This document shows, piece by piece, positions 37,782-47,044 of a stretch of 64,000 bases of DNA. Both the position numbers and the translations under genes were made by a program. The DNA is from Candidatus Aminicenantales bacterium. GTDB taxonomy: Bacteria; Acidobacteriota; Aminicenantia; Aminicenantales; Saccharicenantaceae. The notes beneath the pieces are model-generated. The model ran no database searches and had not been told where the DNA came from. It was given only the letters and a program-made list of their open reading frames with translations. The stretch is from assembly GCA_049512315.1 (NCBI GenBank), contig JBEKXF010000030.1:1-64000 (forward strand). Reading direction: 5' to 3'. Position 1 is the stretch's first letter. Each line of letters starts with the position of its first letter.

Positions 37782-38302
37782 GCTGCGTGTCCTTTTTTGG
37801 AGAATGGTTTTTTCAGGAACCCTTCGAGGAAGCGGACGGCCTCGCGGAGGTCCCTCTCGGCCCGCGGCGACAGCCCCTCGCCGACGCCCCAGCGGTGCCC
37901 CCGGATGGCCAGCAGATGGGCCTCCGGCCTCCGGCCGTAGAGCCCGGCGCAGACCGCCAGCACGGCGCCCGGCCCCATGGCGTGGGTCATCGCGGGGACG
38001 GGGGCTTCGGGTCTGACCTCGGTCCAGGTGAACGGGGCCCGGAGGGCCCGGGCCGCGTCGACGAAGACGACGATGTCGTGTTGGGAGCAGGCGAGGGCGT
38101 CCTCGACATTAAGCTGGTAATTGGCGTCGCAGGTCACTCCCGGAAGGCCGAGGGGCTCCAGATGCTCGACGGCCGCGGTCCCCAGCCCGTCGTCCCCGCG
38201 GCCGGGATTGCCGATCCCGAAGACGAGGACCCGGCGCAGCGCCTTTTTCGGCCGGGGAATTATCGGACCTTCCTCTGGAGGACGTTTCCGTTCGGATCGC
38301 AC
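37778..38302 (-). CDS. Hydrogenase maturation protease (HoxW-like)
   Basis: GIGNPGRGDDGLG, VFVDA, THAM; GAGGT then GTG at 38302 (start approximate). Confidence 0.88.
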   Translation of the reverse strand: MRSERKRPPEEGPIIPRPKKALRRVLVFGIGNPGRGDDGLGTAAVEHLEPLGLPGVTCDANYQLNVEDALACSQHDIVVFVDAARALRAPFTWTEVRPEAPVPAMTHAMGPGAVLAVCAGLYGRRPEAHLLAIRGHRWGVGEGLSPRAERDLREAVRFLEGFLKKPFSKKGHAA

Positions 38303-39708
38303 AGCGTGACCTCGAGGGGCATGAGGCCGACGGCGTGGGTGGCGCAGCTCAGGCACGGGTCGTAGGCCCGGATGGCCACCTCCACCCGGTTCAGCATCCC
38401 TTCCGTGATCTCGGGCTTCTCCGAGAGGGCGTTCTCCGCCACCCAGTGGACGGCCCTGTTCATGGGCTCATTGTTGTTCGTCGTCGAAACGATCAGGTTG
38501 GCCATGGTGATCTGGTCGTCCGCGTTGACCCGGTAATGGTGGAAAAGAGTCCCCCGCGGCGCCTCGACCAGGCCCACCCCTTCGGACACCCGCTTTCCCA
38601 GCTTGACGAGCTTTGTCCCCTGGAGGTCCTTGTCGCGCAGGAGCTCCTTGATGACCTCAGCCGAATGGAGGAGTTCGATGAGCCGGGCCCAGTGCGAGTG
38701 CAGGGACATGTTGTTGGGCTTTCCGTCGGTGTAGGCCTTGTAGATCTCGAACTCCTTTTGGGCCAGGGGCGAGGGGATGTGATCGCAGGTGTTGAGCCGG
38801 GCCAGCGGACCGACCCGGTACCAGCCGGCCGACTTGCCCAGGGACTTGAGGAACGGAAATTTCATGTAGCTCCAGGGGCGGATCTCTTCCCCGATGTACT
38901 TGAGGTAATCCTGATAATCGACGTCGTTAAGGACCTTGTGGCCGTCCGCGTCCACGGCCCTGAGGACGCCGTGGTAGAAGTCCAGGGCGCCGTCCTTGCG
39001 GACCAGGCTCAGGTGGTTCGACGGGAATTCGGCGAAACCGTCGATGACGGCCTTGTTCTTCTTGTGATAGTCCTTGAAGAAGTCGACGGCCGCCTGGGCC
39101 CAGGCGATCATCTGGTCGATATTGAGGGGGGCAGGCCCCTTGAGGAACGTGTCCCTCTCCTCGGGGCTCAGGTTCTTGTTGACGCCCCCCGGCACGGCGC
39201 CCGTGCCGTGGATCTTCTTGCCCGCCGTGGCCAGGATGATCTCCTGCCCGAACTTGCGGAGCAGCACACCCTGGACGGCCAGGTCCCTGTTCAGGGCGAC
39301 GACGCCGATGATGTTCCGGACGGCCGGGTCCGCATCCATCCCTAGCAGGAAGTCGGGCGAGGCGAGGTGGAAGAAGTGAAGGGCGTGGGACTGGAGGATC
39401 TGGCCGTAGTGCATGAGCCGCCTCATCTTCTCGGCCGTGGGCGGCAGCCCCTTGGGGCCCGTGCCGACGATGACGTCCATGGCCTTGGCGGCGGCCAGGT
39501 GGTGGCTGACCGGGCAGATCCCGCACAGCCTCTGGACGAGGACCGGGGCCTCCCAGTACGGCCGTCCCTGGACGAACCGCTCAAAGCCGCGGAACTCGAC
39601 AATGTGGAAACGGGACTGGGTGACCTTCCCCTTGTCGTCCAGGTGGATGGTCACCTTCCCGTGGCCTTCGACCCGAGTGACGGGTTCGATCGTGATCTTG
39701 CGTGCCAT
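38260..39708 (-). CDS. hoxH: Group 3d [NiFe]-hydrogenase large subunit
   Basis: EPVTRVEGHG; L1 QRLCGICPVSH; L2 YDPCLSCATH plus a cleavable tail. Confidence 0.95.
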   Translation of the reverse strand: MARKITIEPVTRVEGHGKVTIHLDDKGKVTQSRFHIVEFRGFERFVQGRPYWEAPVLVQRLCGICPVSHHLAAAKAMDVIVGTGPKGLPPTAEKMRRLMHYGQILQSHALHFFHLASPDFLLGMDADPAVRNIIGVVALNRDLAVQGVLLRKFGQEIILATAGKKIHGTGAVPGGVNKNLSPEERDTFLKGPAPLNIDQMIAWAQAAVDFFKDYHKKNKAVIDGFAEFPSNHLSLVRKDGALDFYHGVLRAVDADGHKVLNDVDYQDYLKYIGEEIRPWSYMKFPFLKSLGKSAGWYRVGPLARLNTCDHIPSPLAQKEFEIYKAYTDGKPNNMSLHSHWARLIELLHSAEVIKELLRDKDLQGTKLVKLGKRVSEGVGLVEAPRGTLFHHYRVNADDQITMANLIVSTTNNNEPMNRAVHWVAENALSEKPEITEGMLNRVEVAIRAYDPCLSCATHAVGLMPLEVTLCDPNGNVLQRKVR

Positions 39709-39721
39709 GCTCGTTCACCCT

Positions 39722-40267
39722 TCAGTCATACTTGATGAGGTCGTAGGTCAGGTTCAGGGGCCTTCCCTCGACGAGGGCCGTCAGGGCCTCCCAGATGAGG
39801 TCGGCCGACGGCGGGCAGCCCGGCAGGAAATAATCGATTTTCACGATCTCGTGGCAGGGATAGACCTTGTCCAGGATGATGGGCAGCTCTTCGTCGTCCG
39901 GGATGAGCCGGTCGGCCGGGTCCACGGTCGGACTGTTCATGTAGGCCTCGTCGAGGCATTCCTTGAGGGGGATGCCGTTGCGCAGGGCGGGCAGCCCGCC
40001 CATGATGGCGCACTCGCCGACAGAGACCAGGATCTTGCAGTTGTTCCGGAAATACCTGAGGACCTCGACGTTCTCGCTGTTGCAGCAGCCGCCCTCGATG
40101 AGGCCCACGTCGACGGCCTTGGTGAATTTCTTGATGTCGTCGATGGGCGACTTGTTGAACTCCACGAGCTCGATGAGCTTGAAGATCCGGTCGTCGATGT
40201 CGAGGAGCGACATGTGGCAGCCGAAGCAGCCGGCCAGTGAGGCGGTGGCGATGACGGGCTTGTTCAT
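39722..40267 (-). CDS. hoxY: [NiFe]-hydrogenase small subunit
   Basis: GCFGCHMS, VGECA, PGCPP; short single-cluster type. Confidence 0.93.
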   Translation of the reverse strand: MNKPVIATASLAGCFGCHMSLLDIDDRIFKLIELVEFNKSPIDDIKKFTKAVDVGLIEGGCCNSENVEVLRYFRNNCKILVSVGECAIMGGLPALRNGIPLKECLDEAYMNSPTVDPADRLIPDDEELPIILDKVYPCHEIVKIDYFLPGCPPSADLIWEALTALVEGRPLNLTYDLIKYD

Positions 40268-40271
40268 GATC

Positions 40272-40976
40272 TCACCTCGCGGATCCTTCCTCGACGTCGC
40301 TGCCGATGGGTTTTTTGTCGAATTTCCGCTTCCCGATGGGCACGGCGAAGCCGACCTCCTTCCTTAGGATGGCGCCCACGGGGCAAATGTCCATGGCCTT
40401 ACGGGCCTCCTCATCGTTGAGGCGCGCGGCTAGGTCGCGGTCCACTTCAATTGTCACCTGCCGGGTCCGGCCCCTGGAGGCGAAAACCTTCCGCCCGTCC
40501 TTGGCCCGGACGGCCCGGACGCAGCGGAGGCACTGGATGCACCGGTTCCGCTCGAGCATGATCTTAGGGCTCGACGCGTCGAGGTCCCGGACGGGGAAGA
40601 GATATGGAAAGCGGGGGGCCGTGATCCGGTACCGGTAGGCGAGGGCCTGGAGCTCGCAGTTGCCGCTCTTCTCGCAGGTCGGGCACATATGGTTGCCCTC
40701 GACGAAGAGCATCTCGAGAAGGGCCTTCCGCATGTCCTCGAGGTCCGGGACCGTGTTTTCGATGGTCATGCCCTCGGCCACCGGCTGGGTGCAGGCGGCC
40801 ATGTACCGGCCGCCGACCCGGACCGTGCAGATGCGGCAACTACCAACGGGCATGAGCCCTTCATAATGGCATAGCACGGGGATGTAGACGCCGTTCGCCT
40901 TGGCGGCCTCGACGATGGTCTGGCCCGACTTCGCCAGGCACCCCTTGCCGTCGATGGTGAATCGGATCTCAGTCAT
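40272..40976 (-). CDS. hoxU: Diaphorase Fe-S subunit
   Basis: IPVLC...GSCRIC, HMCPTCEKSGNC, CIQCLRC. Confidence 0.92.
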   Translation of the reverse strand: MTEIRFTIDGKGCLAKSGQTIVEAAKANGVYIPVLCHYEGLMPVGSCRICTVRVGGRYMAACTQPVAEGMTIENTVPDLEDMRKALLEMLFVEGNHMCPTCEKSGNCELQALAYRYRITAPRFPYLFPVRDLDASSPKIMLERNRCIQCLRCVRAVRAKDGRKVFASRGRTRQVTIEVDRDLAARLNDEEARKAMDICPVGAILRKEVGFAVPIGKRKFDKKPIGSDVEEGSAR

Positions 40977-42777
40977 GGAGGGACTCCTTGCACTCGGGCT
41001 GGCGGTTGGCCGCCGTGCAACCGTCCTGGATGGCCTCCCGGAGATCGAAGTCCGGGACGAAGTCGACGCCCTTCCGGACCTTCGCCTCATAGAGCTCGCG
41101 GAAGCTCTGGAGGGTCGTCAGGATCGGGTTGGGCGAAGTCTGGCCCAGCCCGCACCGGCTCGTCGTCTTGACCAGCTTCCCCCAATCCTCGAGGTCCTTG
41201 AGGTCCTGGTCCGTGCCCCGGCCCTGGACGACCTTTTCGAATTTCTTTTTCAGGAGGACGTTGCCCGCCCGGCAGGGGGTGCACCAGCCGCAGGACTCCT
41301 CGACGAAAAAGTCCATGAAATTGCCGACGATCTCAAAGATGTCGCGCTCCGGCCCGAAGATGATGACCGAGCCGCCCGTCGAGAGGTCCGAGAAACAAAT
41401 CTTTCTCTGGAAGCCGGCCCGCGAGAGGCAGGTCCCGGAGGGGCCGCCGACCTGGACGGCCTTGGCGTCCGGGGCCCCGGCCATCTTCAGGAGGTCCTCG
41501 ACGGTCAGGCCGAACTCGACCTCGTAGACGCCGGGAGAGGCGCAGTCCCCGGAGACGCTTAGGAGCTTGGTCCCCGAAGACTTCGCCGTTCCCATGGTCT
41601 TGAACCAGGCCGCGCCGTGAACGAGGATCTGGGCGGCCGTAGCCAGGGTCTCCACGTTGTTGACGGTCGTCGGCTGGTTGAGATAGCCGACCTGGACCGG
41701 GAACGGCGGCCTGTCACGCGGCTCTCCCCTTTTCCCCTCGGCCGATTCGAGAAGGGCGGATTCCTCCCCGCAGATGTAGGCGCCCGCGCCTGATTTGATC
41801 GTGACGTCGAAGTCGAAACCCGGCGCCCCCGCGATCTTCTTCCCCAGGACGTTCTCCCGGCGAAGGCCGTCGAGGACGGATTCGAGGTAAGGCTTCAGAT
41901 AAGAGTATTCGGCCCGGAGATAGAGGACACCTTCCCTGGCGCCGACCGCGTAGCCGGCCACGGCCATGCCCTCGAAGAGGAGCCGCGGCAGCTCGGTCAG
42001 GATGACCCGGTCCTTGAACGTGCCTGGCTCTCCCTCGTCGGCGTTGCAGACGACATAGTGCCGGTCGGCCTTTTCCTTCCGGCAGAAATCCCACTTGAGC
42101 CCCGTCGGGAAGCCGGCCCCGCCGCGGCCCTGAAGGCTCGACTTCTTGACCTCGTTGATGACCCCTTCGGGTTTCATCGCGATGGCTTTCCTGACGGCGG
42201 ACCCGGACTCGAACGGGCCGAAAAGGACCGGGCCCCGCTTCCGGATGTTGTTCGAAACCATAGCCCGGACGAGGTCGGACTGGTTGGCGCCGTCTCCGAA
42301 AGCTTTGACCATGTCCCGGGCGGACCGGCCGGCCCGCAGGTCCCGGACGATGTCCCTGGCCTTTTCGGCCGTTAAATTCGTGAAGACGACGCCATTGACG
42401 ATGGCCGAGGGCTCCTGGTCGTTCATCCCGATGCAGGACGTCGGGAAGAGCCCGAGGAGGCCGTCCGCCGCGACCTCGCCAAACCGGCAGCCCGCCTCCT
42501 CCTCGAAGGCCCGGGCCACGGCGGCCCGGCCTTTCATCCGGGAGGTGATGGAGTCGTTCAGGAAGATGGCAGCCGTCCCTCGGGGAGCAAGGGAAAAGAA
42601 GTGGTAGTAGGTCACGACGCCCCGGACCTCGGCCTCGGAAAGCTTGAGGTGGCGGGCGATCTCGGACACGGCCTCGGCGGGAACGCGGCCGGCCCAGGCC
42701 TGGACGTCCCGGACGATGTCCAGGAGCCTCGACGGGTCCTTCCGGTGCTTGAGGATGATCTCTTTATAGTGTTCCAT
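40969..42777 (-). CDS. hoxF: Diaphorase flavoprotein, NuoE-NuoF fusion
   Basis: N-terminal NuoE-like domain with degenerate Cys ligands; GRGGAGFPTG, EGEPGTFKDR, GAGAYICGEE, ESCGWCTPCR. Confidence 0.92.
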   Translation of the reverse strand: MEHYKEIILKHRKDPSRLLDIVRDVQAWAGRVPAEAVSEIARHLKLSEAEVRGVVTYYHFFSLAPRGTAAIFLNDSITSRMKGRAAVARAFEEEAGCRFGEVAADGLLGLFPTSCIGMNDQEPSAIVNGVVFTNLTAEKARDIVRDLRAGRSARDMVKAFGDGANQSDLVRAMVSNNIRKRGPVLFGPFESGSAVRKAIAMKPEGVINEVKKSSLQGRGGAGFPTGLKWDFCRKEKADRHYVVCNADEGEPGTFKDRVILTELPRLLFEGMAVAGYAVGAREGVLYLRAEYSYLKPYLESVLDGLRRENVLGKKIAGAPGFDFDVTIKSGAGAYICGEESALLESAEGKRGEPRDRPPFPVQVGYLNQPTTVNNVETLATAAQILVHGAAWFKTMGTAKSSGTKLLSVSGDCASPGVYEVEFGLTVEDLLKMAGAPDAKAVQVGGPSGTCLSRAGFQRKICFSDLSTGGSVIIFGPERDIFEIVGNFMDFFVEESCGWCTPCRAGNVLLKKKFEKVVQGRGTDQDLKDLEDWGKLVKTTSRCGLGQTSPNPILTTLQSFRELYEAKVRKGVDFVPDFDLREAIQDGCTAANRQPECKESLHD

Positions 42778-42963
42778 GATGATACCCCATGAATGAGCGT
42801 CATAGTTTAGCATAAAAGGGGATCCAAAAAAATAGTCAGAGATCCGGTCCCGGGTCCGGCCCCGAGCCGGGGTGGGGGGCAATTTTTGGGCTTGCATTTT
42901 TCCTTGAAAACAGGTTAAGATGGGGCTAGAACAATCCGGATAGGACCCTGTGAAGGAGGAATC

Positions 42964-43653
42964 ATGAGAAAAAAGACATTGATCGTTTTAGGGATCCTGC
43001 TCGCCTTTTTCGTCATGCAGAGCTGTTCCTCAAGCCCTGAGAAGTCCATTCTCGCCCGGTACTTCAACGCCGTCCGCATGAACGACAATGCCACCATGGC
43101 TTCCATGGCCCTCGAGCCGGCCCAGTGGGACGTCGCCTCGTGGGAGATCATCAGCATCAGCCCGGAAAAGATCGAGCCGGCGACCATTTCCGACCTCAAC
43201 AAGAAAGAGCTTGAGGCGAAGAAGGCCCAGGACGCCCAGATCGGCCCGACCATGGATGCCGACACCATCCTTGCCAATGCCAAGGATGAGCTCGACCTCG
43301 CCAGGACGGGCGGGGCCAAGGCCGTCGCCAAGAAGAAAGTCGAAGAGGCCCAGGCGAAATACGACACGGAATACGGCAAGATGAAGGACCTCAAGAAGGG
43401 CTACAGCGACGCCAAGGCGGCCGCCGCGGCCGAAGAGCAGATCACGCTCTTTTCGCTCGGCCTCCGGGATCTGCCCACGGTCAGGGACCTCGGAGGGAGC
43501 ATCCACTCCAAGGACGTCGTCGTCAAGATCAAGACCAAGCAGGGGCAGACCAAGAACTATCGCCTACTGATGAAAATGTACGACCTGAAGAACGAAGCCG
43601 GCCAAAAGCTGCCGAGCCGCTGGGTCATCACCAAGTTCGAGCCGATCGCCTGA
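42964..43653 (+). CDS. Hypothetical lipoprotein with a central coiled coil
   Basis: AAGGAGG RBS; signal peptide ending MQSC (lipobox-like); Ala/Lys/Glu-rich helical middle. Confidence 0.7.
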   Translation: MRKKTLIVLGILLAFFVMQSCSSSPEKSILARYFNAVRMNDNATMASMALEPAQWDVASWEIISISPEKIEPATISDLNKKELEAKKAQDAQIGPTMDADTILANAKDELDLARTGGAKAVAKKKVEEAQAKYDTEYGKMKDLKKGYSDAKAAAAAEEQITLFSLGLRDLPTVRDLGGSIHSKDVVVKIKTKQGQTKNYRLLMKMYDLKNEAGQKLPSRWVITKFEPIA

Positions 43654-43720
43654 GAAGAAGAGCTCCTCGCTGGGACGCCTTGACTCTTTTTCTTCATTCT
43701 ATATAATAGGACTTTTTTCC

Positions 43721-43792
43721 GGGCCGTTAGCTCAGAGGGAGAGCACCGGCCTTTTAAGCCGGGTGTCGCTGGTTCGAGTCCAGCACGGCTCA
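43721..43792 (+). tRNA. tRNA-Lys(UUU), CCA not encoded
   Basis: Cloverleaf; anticodon loop CTTTTAA; GGTTCGAGTCC; TTGACT-16-TATAAT promoter upstream. Confidence 0.95.
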
Positions 43793-43802
43793 TTCTTTTT
43801 TT

Positions 43803-43875
43803 GCCCCTGTCGTCTAGAGGCCCAGGACACCGCCCTTTCAAGGCAGCAACACGGGTTCGAATCCCGTCGGGGGCG
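43803..43875 (+). tRNA. tRNA-Glu(UUC), CCA not encoded
   Basis: GTCTAGAGGCCCAGGAC D-arm; loop CTTTCAA; GGTTCGAATCC. Confidence 0.93.
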
Positions 43876-43927
43876 CTTGACTCTCCCAAACCCGCGACGG
43901 GGCGGCGGGCCTAACGTACGCCTGGCG

Positions 43928-44191
43928 TCAGGCTTCCTTGGCGGGCGTTTCGCCTGAGGGCCGGTCCGGTTCCGGACTCTGCCCTTCCGTCCCCTCGGTT
44001 CGAGCCGCCGCGGCGCGCCTCTTTTTATGGAGCCAGAAGACAAAGGCGGCCGGAACCTGATAAAAGGCGATGATGACGGGGGACAAGATGAGCCAGTAGA
44101 TGTTGAAGTCCCGGACGAAAAGATAGAGGAATCCGGCCAGGCCGGCGACCGAGAGGAAAACGGCCAAGGCCGGGAGGAGAGGGGAACCCAT
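43928..44191 (-). CDS. Small two-TM membrane protein immediately downstream of tRNA-Val
   Basis: 87 aa; two hydrophobic segments followed by KKRR; GC3-rich codons. Confidence 0.6.
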   Translation of the reverse strand: MGSPLLPALAVFLSVAGLAGFLYLFVRDFNIYWLILSPVIIAFYQVPAAFVFWLHKKRRAAAARTEGTEGQSPEPDRPSGETPAKEA

Positions 44192-44265
44192 GGTGGGCGG
44201 TGCAGGGTTCGAACCTGCGACCCCCGGTTTGTAAGACCGATACTCTGCCACTGAGCTAACCGCCC
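44191..44265 (-). tRNA. tRNA-Val(UAC) with encoded CCA
   Basis: GGGCGGTTAGCTCAG...loop CTTACAA...GGTTCGAACCC...ACCGCCCACCA. Confidence 0.95.
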
Positions 44266-44455
44266 TCCTTACGCCGCTCCCGGGGGGAATCGGCGTCCTT
44301 AGGGTAGGTAAAAGGCCCCCTTGTTGTCAAGCCGGCCGGGAACGGAGGGACGACGCCTCTCGGTCTTGATGTGGACGGTGGAGGGGAATTTGACAGAAGG
44401 TCGCTCCTATGCTAAATTTGACGTTCCACTTCTATCTAGATAAAGGGCAGAACCA

Positions 44456-45019
44456 ATGTACGCAGTGATCCTGACAGGCGGAAAACAGTATCGCGTGAAG
44501 GAAGGTGATGTTCTCTCGGTGGAGAAGCTCGACGTTGAGAACGGCCGGAAGGTCGGATTCGACCGGGTCCTCCTGATCGAAGACGGGGAAAGTGTCCTCG
44601 TCGGGACTCCCGTCCTCGAGAGCGCCCTGGTCCGGGCCGAAATCATCGAGACATACAAGGACGAGAAAGTCCTCGTCTTCAAGAAAAAGAGAAGGAAACA
44701 GTTCCGGCGGACCCGCGGCCACAGGCAACAGTTGACCAGGGTCCGGGTCGAGGGGATTTACGCCGATAAAAGCGCCGCCCCCGCGGAAGAGGCTCCGGCG
44801 GAGAAGCCGCGGCCCGCCGTCCCGGAGAAGGCCCCCGAGGCGAAGCCCGCGGCCAAGGCCACGGAAAAAGCGGTCGCCGAGCCCAAGAAACCGGCTCCCA
44901 AAGCCAAGAAGCCGGCCAGGCAGGCCAAGTCCAAAGCCGCTCCCAAAGCCAAGACCGTCGGCAAGAAGACGGCCGGGGCCAAGCCGGCCGGCAAACCGAA
45001 AAAAGCGACCAAGGAGTAA
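44456..45019 (+). CDS. rplU: 50S ribosomal protein L21 with an Ala/Lys/Pro-rich extension
   Basis: MYAVILTGGKQYRV, FKKKRRK, GHRQQLT. Confidence 0.97.
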   Translation: MYAVILTGGKQYRVKEGDVLSVEKLDVENGRKVGFDRVLLIEDGESVLVGTPVLESALVRAEIIETYKDEKVLVFKKKRRKQFRRTRGHRQQLTRVRVEGIYADKSAAPAEEAPAEKPRPAVPEKAPEAKPAAKATEKAVAEPKKPAPKAKKPARQAKSKAAPKAKTVGKKTAGAKPAGKPKKATKE

Positions 45020-45022
45020 GCT

Positions 45023-45277
45023 ATGGCCCATAAAAAAGCAGCCGGAAGCGCCCGCAACGGAAGAGACAGCGCAGGGAAAAGGCTCGGGGTCAAGCGCCAT
45101 GGCGGCCAGGCCGTCAACGCTGGCTCGATCCTCGTCCGGCAGAGGGGAACGCCCATCAAGCCCGGCCTGAATGTCGGCCGGGGGAAGGACGATACCCTCT
45201 TCGCCAGGATCACGGGGGTCGTCCATTTTGTCGATAAGGGAGGGGGGGGCAAGGTCGTTTCGGTCCTGCCCACTTGA
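45023..45277 (+). CDS. rpmA: 50S ribosomal protein L27
   Basis: [24 protein letters not shown]. Confidence 0.98.
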   Translation: MAHKKAAGSARNGRDSAGKRLGVKRHGGQAVNAGSILVRQRGTPIKPGLNVGRGKDDTLFARITGVVHFVDKGGGGKVVSVLPT

Positions 45278-45357
45278 GGTCGACATCAAAGCATCTGTTC
45301 CTCCGAGTCCCGAAACGAGCTTTTTCACCGTCTCCTGCCGCGGCACCGGTGATCTCC

Positions 45358-46383
45358 GTGTTTATTGATCAGGTTGAGATCGCGCTGAAGGCAGGGAAAG
45401 GCGGCGACGGCTGCGTCAGCTTCCGGCGCGAATATAAGGTCCCCAGGGGTGGGCCCGACGGCGGACACGGCGGGAACGGGGGGAGCATCTATCTCATCTC
45501 GGACGCGAGCGTCCATTCCCTGGCCTATTTCCGGTTCCACCCCATCCTCAAGGCCAAGAAGGGGCTCCCCGGCGAGGGGAGCCGCCGGACCGGGAAGCGG
45601 GGGACCGACCTCCGGCTCCCCGTTCCGGTGGGAACGGTGGTCAAGGAAAAAGGCAAGGACGAATTGCTGTTCGATTTCGTCCTTCCCAACCAGGTCTATC
45701 AGGCGGCCAAGGGCGGAAAGGGCGGGCGCGGGAACGCCTCCTATGCCACGGCCACGCACCAAACGCCGCGGGAGTGGGAACCCGGGCGCCCCGGGGAGGA
45801 GAAGGAGCTCGTCCTGGAGCTCAAACTGATCGCGGACGTCGGGCTGGTCGGGTTCCCGAACGCCGGCAAGTCCACCCTGATCTCCAAGATCTCGGCGGCC
45901 CGACCGCTCATCGCCGATTATCCCTTCACGACGTTGACGCCCAACCTCGGCGTCGTGGAGCTGGGGACGGCCCGGAGCTTTGTCGTCGCGGACATCCCCG
46001 GCCTGATCGAAGGCGCCCACCTTGGCCACGGCCTCGGCACCCGCTTCCTGCGCCACATCGAGCGGACCAAGGTCCTTGTCCACCTCGTCGACGTCTCTCC
46101 TTACACGGAGCGGGACCCCGTCCACGATTACGACGTTGTCATGGAGGAGCTCGAGTCCTTCAACCCGGGGCTCGCCCGGCGGGCCCAGATCCTGGCAGCC
46201 AACAAGGTAGACCTCCTGGGCGGTGACACGTCACGGCTGGAGAAGCTCAAAAAGATGGCAGCGAGAAAGAGAATCCCGTTTTTCGCCATCTCGGCCCTCA
46301 AGGGCGAGGGGCTCCGGCAGCTCGTCGCAGCCATGGCGAGGACCCTGGAGCGCCTGGAGAAAGGCGGGGACGGAAAGGCGTGA
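45358..46383 (+). CDS. obgE: GTPase ObgE
   Basis: FIDQV...GKGGDG...GGPDGG, GFPNAGKST, YPFTTLTPNLG, DIPGLIEGA, NKVD. Confidence 0.97.
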   Translation: MFIDQVEIALKAGKGGDGCVSFRREYKVPRGGPDGGHGGNGGSIYLISDASVHSLAYFRFHPILKAKKGLPGEGSRRTGKRGTDLRLPVPVGTVVKEKGKDELLFDFVLPNQVYQAAKGGKGGRGNASYATATHQTPREWEPGRPGEEKELVLELKLIADVGLVGFPNAGKSTLISKISAARPLIADYPFTTLTPNLGVVELGTARSFVVADIPGLIEGAHLGHGLGTRFLRHIERTKVLVHLVDVSPYTERDPVHDYDVVMEELESFNPGLARRAQILAANKVDLLGGDTSRLEKLKKMAARKRIPFFAISALKGEGLRQLVAAMARTLERLEKGGDGKA

Positions 46384-47039
46384 GAAAGCGGATCGGCCTC
46401 TACGGCGGCACCTTCAACCCCATCCACCGGGGGCACCTCCGGGCGGCGGAGGACGTCCGTGCGGCGTTCCGCCTGGACACGGTCCTCTTCATCCCCTCCT
46501 ACATTCCCCCGCACAAGGAGTCCGCGGGCATCGCCTCGGCCGTCGACCGCTTCCGGATGGTGGAGCTCGCCTGCCGGGGACACGAGGGCTTCGTCGCCTC
46601 GCCGGTCGAGGTCGAGGCCCGGGAGACGTCCTACTCCATCCTGACCCTGACGAAGATCAAGGAGCTCAATCCCGGCGCCTGGGTCTTTTTCATCGTCGGC
46701 GCGGACGCGTTCCTCGAGATCGGGACGTGGCGCGAGTCCGAGCGGGTCCTCGCCGAATGCCCGTTCATCGTGACGGGCCGGCCCGGCTTCGACCTCGAGT
46801 CTGCCGCGGAGGTCCTGGGCGGCCGTCTCCGGGAGCGGGTCTGCCGGGTCCCCGAAGGCGGGGCCGCGGACGAATCCCAATTTTCGCGCTTCGGAGTTTT
46901 CCTCTTGCCGATCAAGGCCCTGGATATCTCGTCGACGGACATCCGGGGCCGGGCCCAGCGGGGCGAGAGCCTCGAGGGCCTGGTCCCCGAGCCCGTCGCG
47001 ACCTACATCCGGGAGCACCAACTCTATACGGGTCGATAG
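46380..47039 (+). CDS. nadD: Nicotinate-nucleotide adenylyltransferase
   Basis: GGTFNPIHRGH, PPHK, ISSTDIR. Confidence 0.95.
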   Translation: MRKRIGLYGGTFNPIHRGHLRAAEDVRAAFRLDTVLFIPSYIPPHKESAGIASAVDRFRMVELACRGHEGFVASPVEVEARETSYSILTLTKIKELNPGAWVFFIVGADAFLEIGTWRESERVLAECPFIVTGRPGFDLESAAEVLGGRLRERVCRVPEGGAADESQFSRFGVFLLPIKALDISSTDIRGRAQRGESLEGLVPEPVATYIREHQLYTGR

Positions 47040-47044
47040 GAACC

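Noticed and set aside
38255..38302. Non-canonical ATA start for the maturation protease
   Set aside because: An in-frame GTG with a GAGGT RBS exists at 38302
38260..39708. Possible selenocysteine [NiFeSe] hydrogenase
   Set aside because: The L2 motif is DPCLSC with Cys codons; no in-frame TGA
43721..44265. tRNA cluster as an island integration site
   Set aside because: No adjacent integrase, no duplicated tRNA 3' end, no compositional shift seen
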